Source of the DNA: Thermoplasmatota archaeon
Lineage (GTDB): Archaea; Thermoplasmatota; E2; DHVEG-1
Assembly: GCA_041650455.1 (NCBI GenBank)
Contig: JBAZLE010000002.1
Coordinates: 1-37,005 of the forward strand
Length of the DNA: 37,005 nucleotides
Direction: 5' to 3'
This document shows, piece by piece, positions 33,941 through 37,005 of the stretch; the first letter of the stretch is position 1, and each line of letters begins with the position of its first letter. The notes under the pieces were generated by a model that was not told the DNA's origin, made no database searches, and saw only the letters and a program-made list of their open reading frames with translations. The translations under genes were made by a program, and so were the position numbers.

Positions 33941-34274
33941 AAGATATGAAAAAAATCTTTCTTCATTTCATCCAAAAGACCAAGAAAAAATTACTAAAGC
34001 GATAAAAGAGCGTTTACCTTTTAATCCAATGCGTTATCCAATGTTACAAGGTGGGATACCAATTTCTGGAGTTGATTTAATAGGATTACGGCACCTAAAA
34101 ACTGGCGTTATGAACGCAAAAGGTGGTGCATATGTCTTGTACCGTTATTGTAAAGAATGCTTAGCAAACAAATATTATGAAAAAAGTAAAGTCCGATGTC
34201 AATTTTGTGATGGAAAGACGGAAGAACAAATAGTTCTTTTTGATGTCAACTTGAGAAGTGCTGACTACAAATGA
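33909..34274 (+). CDS. RelE/ParE-superfamily-like toxin with CxxC..CxxC zinc-ribbon insertion
   Basis: The ATG at 33909 is preceded by GAGGGA. The pattern ..KDQEKITKAIKERLPFNP....L.G....GLRHLKTGV....GAYVLYRY[CKECLANKYYEKSKVRCQFCDGK]TEEQIVLFDVNLRSADY follows the RelE-like layout. The bracketed segment is an insertion. Confidence 0.5.
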   Translation: MGNPLQFIPLERYEKNLSSFHPKDQEKITKAIKERLPFNPMRYPMLQGGIPISGVDLIGLRHLKTGVMNAKGGAYVLYRYCKECLANKYYEKSKVRCQFCDGKTEEQIVLFDVNLRSADYK

Positions 34275-35413
34275 TTTGGTGTTTCGATTACCGATTTTTT
34301 TAATATTTCAAGCCATCGGAAACCTTCAATTTTTGGTAACCCTGCCATTTCACCAGGAGTAACACCAAGGGTCTGATGATTACGAATGAGATTGTAATGG
34401 ACACGAAAACCTTCCATGATATTCTTACAACCATCATCCTTATCAAAACCACGCATAACCTTAATCCGTTCCTTTTCGCTCCCATGAAAACGCTCAATAC
34501 GATTATTGCTTACTCTTGCTTTGATACTTGGAACACGAATATGAGGTGAGAAATACCCAGTACGAGAACCACCACTATGCCCGAACTCTTTGATAATCGC
34601 TTTCGGGTAAGACATCATACCGTCCGTAAGAATCTCCCGGGGTTTATCCTTTGTAACCTGTTTTGCTTTCTTCAACGGTATCCGTGTGTTTTGTATACTA
34701 CGGTTTTCACTCACATGGATAGCAAGGAGATAACGACTTCGACTGTCAAGAATATTCCAAAGCCACCTTTGTTTACCATCTACATTAACCTTGGTTTCAT
34801 CGAAATGCCATCGCTCACTGGTATGTATCTCCTGTTTGTTCATCCATTCAGAAGCAAGTTGGCTATACTGCTCTATCCATCGGTAAACAGTCATATGACT
34901 GATATCTAGGTTATGAACCTGTTGGAAATGCTCTGCTACCTTTCGGATTGAAAGACCACGGTAATAGAGATCAAGAGCAAGTGCTATTTTCTCTGGTTCT
35001 GCTCTTTTCTTCTGGAATCCCTGGTTGTCAGTAAATCGGTGTCCACAGTCTTTACAGAGATAGCGGTTGATGATTCCGCTTTTGTTATTTCGTTTTCCAT
35101 TCATTACGACATTGTAGCTTTTGCAGTAATCGCATGTTGGTTTGTTCTGCATGATGTCTTTATTTGACTGTTGGAGATCAATCCTGAATTTCACAGCAAT
35201 GACATGTATACAGGTTTGTGTCTGTTGGTAGTGTTCGCATGTACATGTGTATCCTTTTCCATGTTTCTGTATCTGATAGATTAATCCTGATTTACTTTGT
35301 GATTTGACAGTAAATGAATGATTATTGTTTGGTGCTATTTGGTCGCCTCTTGCGACTATTGCAAGGGCTGGTGTTTGTTGGTCCTTCCATGTGTTCATTT
35401 TCTCACTTTCCAT
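34265..35413 (-). CDS. IS6 (IS240)-like DDE transposase with N-terminal SWIM-type and zinc-ribbon motifs
   Basis: 382 aa. The DDE context is WHFDETKVNVDGKQRWLWNILD, ILTDGMMSYPKAI and SNNRIERFHGSEKERIKVMRGF. The HTH is LSIRKVAEHFQQVHNLDISHMTVYRWI. The N terminus has YTCTCEHYQQTQTCIH (CxC..CxH) and CDYCKS..CKDCGH. Confidence 0.75.
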   Translation of the reverse strand: MESEKMNTWKDQQTPALAIVARGDQIAPNNNHSFTVKSQSKSGLIYQIQKHGKGYTCTCEHYQQTQTCIHVIAVKFRIDLQQSNKDIMQNKPTCDYCKSYNVVMNGKRNNKSGIINRYLCKDCGHRFTDNQGFQKKRAEPEKIALALDLYYRGLSIRKVAEHFQQVHNLDISHMTVYRWIEQYSQLASEWMNKQEIHTSERWHFDETKVNVDGKQRWLWNILDSRSRYLLAIHVSENRSIQNTRIPLKKAKQVTKDKPREILTDGMMSYPKAIIKEFGHSGGSRTGYFSPHIRVPSIKARVSNNRIERFHGSEKERIKVMRGFDKDDGCKNIMEGFRVHYNLIRNHQTLGVTPGEMAGLPKIEGFRWLEILKKSVIETPNHL

Positions 35414-35424
35414 ATGTAACTATA

Positions 35425-35520
35425 ATGTAGCTACATGTATATAATACTTTCTACTATGTAGCTATTAAATAATGGAAAACATGCATAAAGTATATAAATA
35501 ATAACTATTATGTAGCTACA
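35425..35520. promoter_or_regulatory. three copies of ATGTAGCTA(C/T) (core palindrome GTAGCTAC) in the divergent promoter region
   Basis: The copies are at 35425-35436 (a perfect 12-bp palindrome, ATGTAGCTACAT), 35456-35465 and 35510-35520. A degenerate copy (ATGTAACTAT) lies at 35413-35422. Confidence 0.6.
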
Positions 35521-35751
35521 ATGAAAAAACTAACAAAAAAACCGATTGTGCCTGAAAACCCTATAGCAAGAGAACAACCAGAAAAACCAACCACGCCAGA
35601 AAAAACAATGTGGGTCGAAGTCGAAGGTTTTGAGGCTATAGAAAAAATTGTGCGTTCCTCTGGTAACTCAGGACGGGTCTACGTACCTCCAAATTGGGTA
35701 GCATGTAGAGTAAAGATTATACGATTGGACCCATTACCACAAGTTGTTTAG
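35521..35751 (+). CDS. DUF2080-like transposase-associated small protein (AbrB/SpoVT-like C-terminal half)
   Basis: 76 aa. The segment ..VEVEGFEAIEKIVRSSGNSGRVYVPPNWVACRVKIIRLD resembles the small transposon-encoded proteins found next to archaeal IS transposases. Confidence 0.5.
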   Translation: MKKLTKKPIVPENPIAREQPEKPTTPEKTMWVEVEGFEAIEKIVRSSGNSGRVYVPPNWVACRVKIIRLDPLPQVV

Positions 35752-35816
35752 GGGGTCATCGCGAAAACATGATATTTACTTGCTATCGAAATAACAGATT
35801 AACTAACGGTTTTCCA

Positions 35817-36727
35817 ATGGAAGAAAGGGGGAGGGAGTAATTTACCAGGATAAAACGCTTGAAATAGATAGTATAATTCATGGAGATTGTAAAACACATC
35901 TTAAATCGTTCCCAGATGAATCAATTGATTTCATTATTACATCTCCCCCATATGCGTATAATCGTAAAGGAACTTATGGGGGAGTACCAATTGAAAAATA
36001 TGTTGAATGGTTTTTACCTATATCATACGAATTGAAACGTGTATTGAAAAACGATGGTTCTTTCATTTTAAACATCAAAGAACGGGTAGTAAACGGAGAA
36101 CGACAAACCTATGTCTTAGAACTTATTTTAAAAATGAAGGAGCAAGGTTGGCTCTGGACAGAAGAATATATTTGGCATAAGAAAAACTGTTATCCTGGAA
36201 AATGGCATAACCGATTTCGGGATGCATGGGAACGTTGTTTGCACTTTACAAAACAAAAAAAATTCAGTATGTATCAAGAATCAGTAATGGTACCTGTTGG
36301 AGATTGGGCACAAGTTCGTCTTAATCATCTTAGTGAAACGGATAAGATAAGAGATACATCAAAAGTAGGGAGTGGTTTTGGAAAAAATATTTCACGATGG
36401 ATAGACCGAGAATATGTATATCCTTCCAATGTCCTTTATTTAGCAACAGAATGTGGGAATAAGAATCACAGCGCGGTATTTCCAAAAGAAATTCCAGAAT
36501 GGTTTATTAAATTATTCACAAGAGAAGAAGATGTTGTTCTTGACCCTTTTATTGGCTCTGGGACTACTGCAATAGCATGTATAGAATTGAAAAGACATTT
36601 TATAGGAATTGAGTTGAACGATAAATATTATCAGGTAGCAAAAAATAGAATTAGTGAATTTGAGTTTGAACATGAAACGAAAAGACCATTAAAGATAAAG
36701 AGATTACCAATATTGAATGAACAATGA
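35817..36727 (+). CDS. beta-class DNA methyltransferase (SPPY motif IV before FxGxG motif I; N4-cytosine or N6-adenine), 5' end problematic
   Basis: The in-frame translation from 35807 reads ..VIYQDKTLEIDSIIHGDCKTHLKSFPDESIDFIITSPPYAYNRK.. and continues into the ORF-track protein (VLDPFIGSGTTAIACIELKRHFIGIELN). There is no ATG, GTG or TTG in that frame before TTG 36032. The ATG at 35817 is in a different frame, separated by a G5 run. Confidence 0.8.
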
Positions 36728-37005
36728 CGAATTAGAAAAATTAATCGCAAAATCTCTAAAAGATTTTTATGACCGAAGGATAAATTGTTTAGAAGAATTA
36801 CAATTAGAAAGGTTTCTTAAGAGAAAAAATCCTTATTTGCTCAGAGCAATAGGGATGGAAAGAGCATCAGAGATAGTAGAATCAATTCTAAATGCCCATC
36901 TTAGTGCATCAGATGAAACTATTTTTGGTGATGCTTTTTTTGAGCCTATCGCAACAATCGTATCTGGTGGAAAAGTATCGGATGCTGAGGGGGTGGATTT
37001 TACTA
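36717..37005 (+). CDS. probable type II restriction endonuclease (partial, runs off window)
   Basis: This is an open frame from ATG 36717 to the window end, and it overlaps the methyltransferase stop by 11 nt. My translation is MNNDELEKLIAKSLKDFYDRRINCLEELQLERFLKRKNPYLLRAIGMERASEIVESILNAHLSASDETIFGDAFFEPIATIVSGGKVSDAEGVDFT. From memory, the KNPYL..A and S.SDET.FG..FE motifs occur in some type II REase families, but I cannot assign a family. Confidence 0.45.
   Translation, partial: MNNDELEKLIAKSLKDFYDRRINCLEELQLERFLKRKNPYLLRAIGMERASEIVESILNAHLSASDETIFGDAFFEPIATIVSGGKVSDAEGVDFT

Larger units (their letters stand above)
34265..35751. mobile_element. IS-like element (transposase plus divergent DUF2080-like gene); ends not defined
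   Basis: The gene content is described in the two CDS entries. I could not identify convincing terminal inverted repeats or target duplications by eye, so the coordinates are the minimal gene span. Confidence 0.5.

Noticed and set aside
34272-34291. A candidate IS terminal inverted repeat. TGGTGTTTCGATTAC at 34277-34291 partially matches the reverse complement of 35782-35796 (11/15).
   Set aside because: The left copy lies inside the element relative to the transposase stop at 34265, so it cannot be the terminus. The match is weak.
1-37005. A scan for CRISPR arrays, rRNA genes and further tRNAs.
   Set aside because: I saw no regularly spaced direct repeats of 24-40 bp, no rRNA-like conserved blocks, and only the one clean cloverleaf (tRNA-Phe). 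This was an inspection by eye, so short or degenerate elements could have been missed.

Overview
This is an archaeal chromosomal window. The evidence is an archaeosine tRNA-guanine transglycosylase, Nop5, a class-III-signal/pilin-type N terminus, a PGF-CTERM tail, BRE/TATA-like promoter boxes and oligo-T terminators. All product calls come from motifs read in the supplied translations; no database search was possible.

Layout:
- (1) 1-5.6 kb is housekeeping: nadC, nadX, tgtA, nop5, a winged-helix regulator and tRNA-Phe(GAA).
- (2) 5.7-32.5 kb is dominated by genes for exported or surface proteins. Three have unrelated enzyme-type domains: an arylsulfotransferase-like propeller, a C13 legumain-like peptidase and a C25 gingipain-like peptidase. 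All three end in the same module, a PKD-like unit plus a terminal peptide LFERFPxxFPxLRxLxG[YH]-stop. I cannot assign this to any named sorting signal, and it is my top candidate for an undescribed sorting or anchoring system. A neighbouring LRR/PKD protein instead ends in a classical PGF-CTERM.
- (3) Embedded at about 13.2-20 kb is an AT-rich island. It is packed with small zinc-ribbon, RHH and membrane proteins, and includes a paralogous pair of membrane proteins, one with a perfect AN1 zinc finger. It also holds a 109-bp 95 percent identical direct repeat and a 15-nt promoter-like motif (TTTAAAAACATATCC) present in 3 perfect and 2 near-perfect copies, all on the same strand.
- (4) 32.5-37 kb is a second AT-rich, mobile/defence-type islet. 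It carries an Lrp/AsnC regulator, a Panacea-like antitoxin with a RelE-like toxin that has a zinc-ribbon insertion, an IS6-like transposase with a DUF2080-like partner and palindromic operator-like repeats, and a beta-class SPPY DNA methyltransferase. The methyltransferase's catalytic N terminus has no in-frame canonical start. It is translationally coupled to a partial restriction-endonuclease-like ORF that runs off the window.

No rRNA and no CRISPR array were seen.
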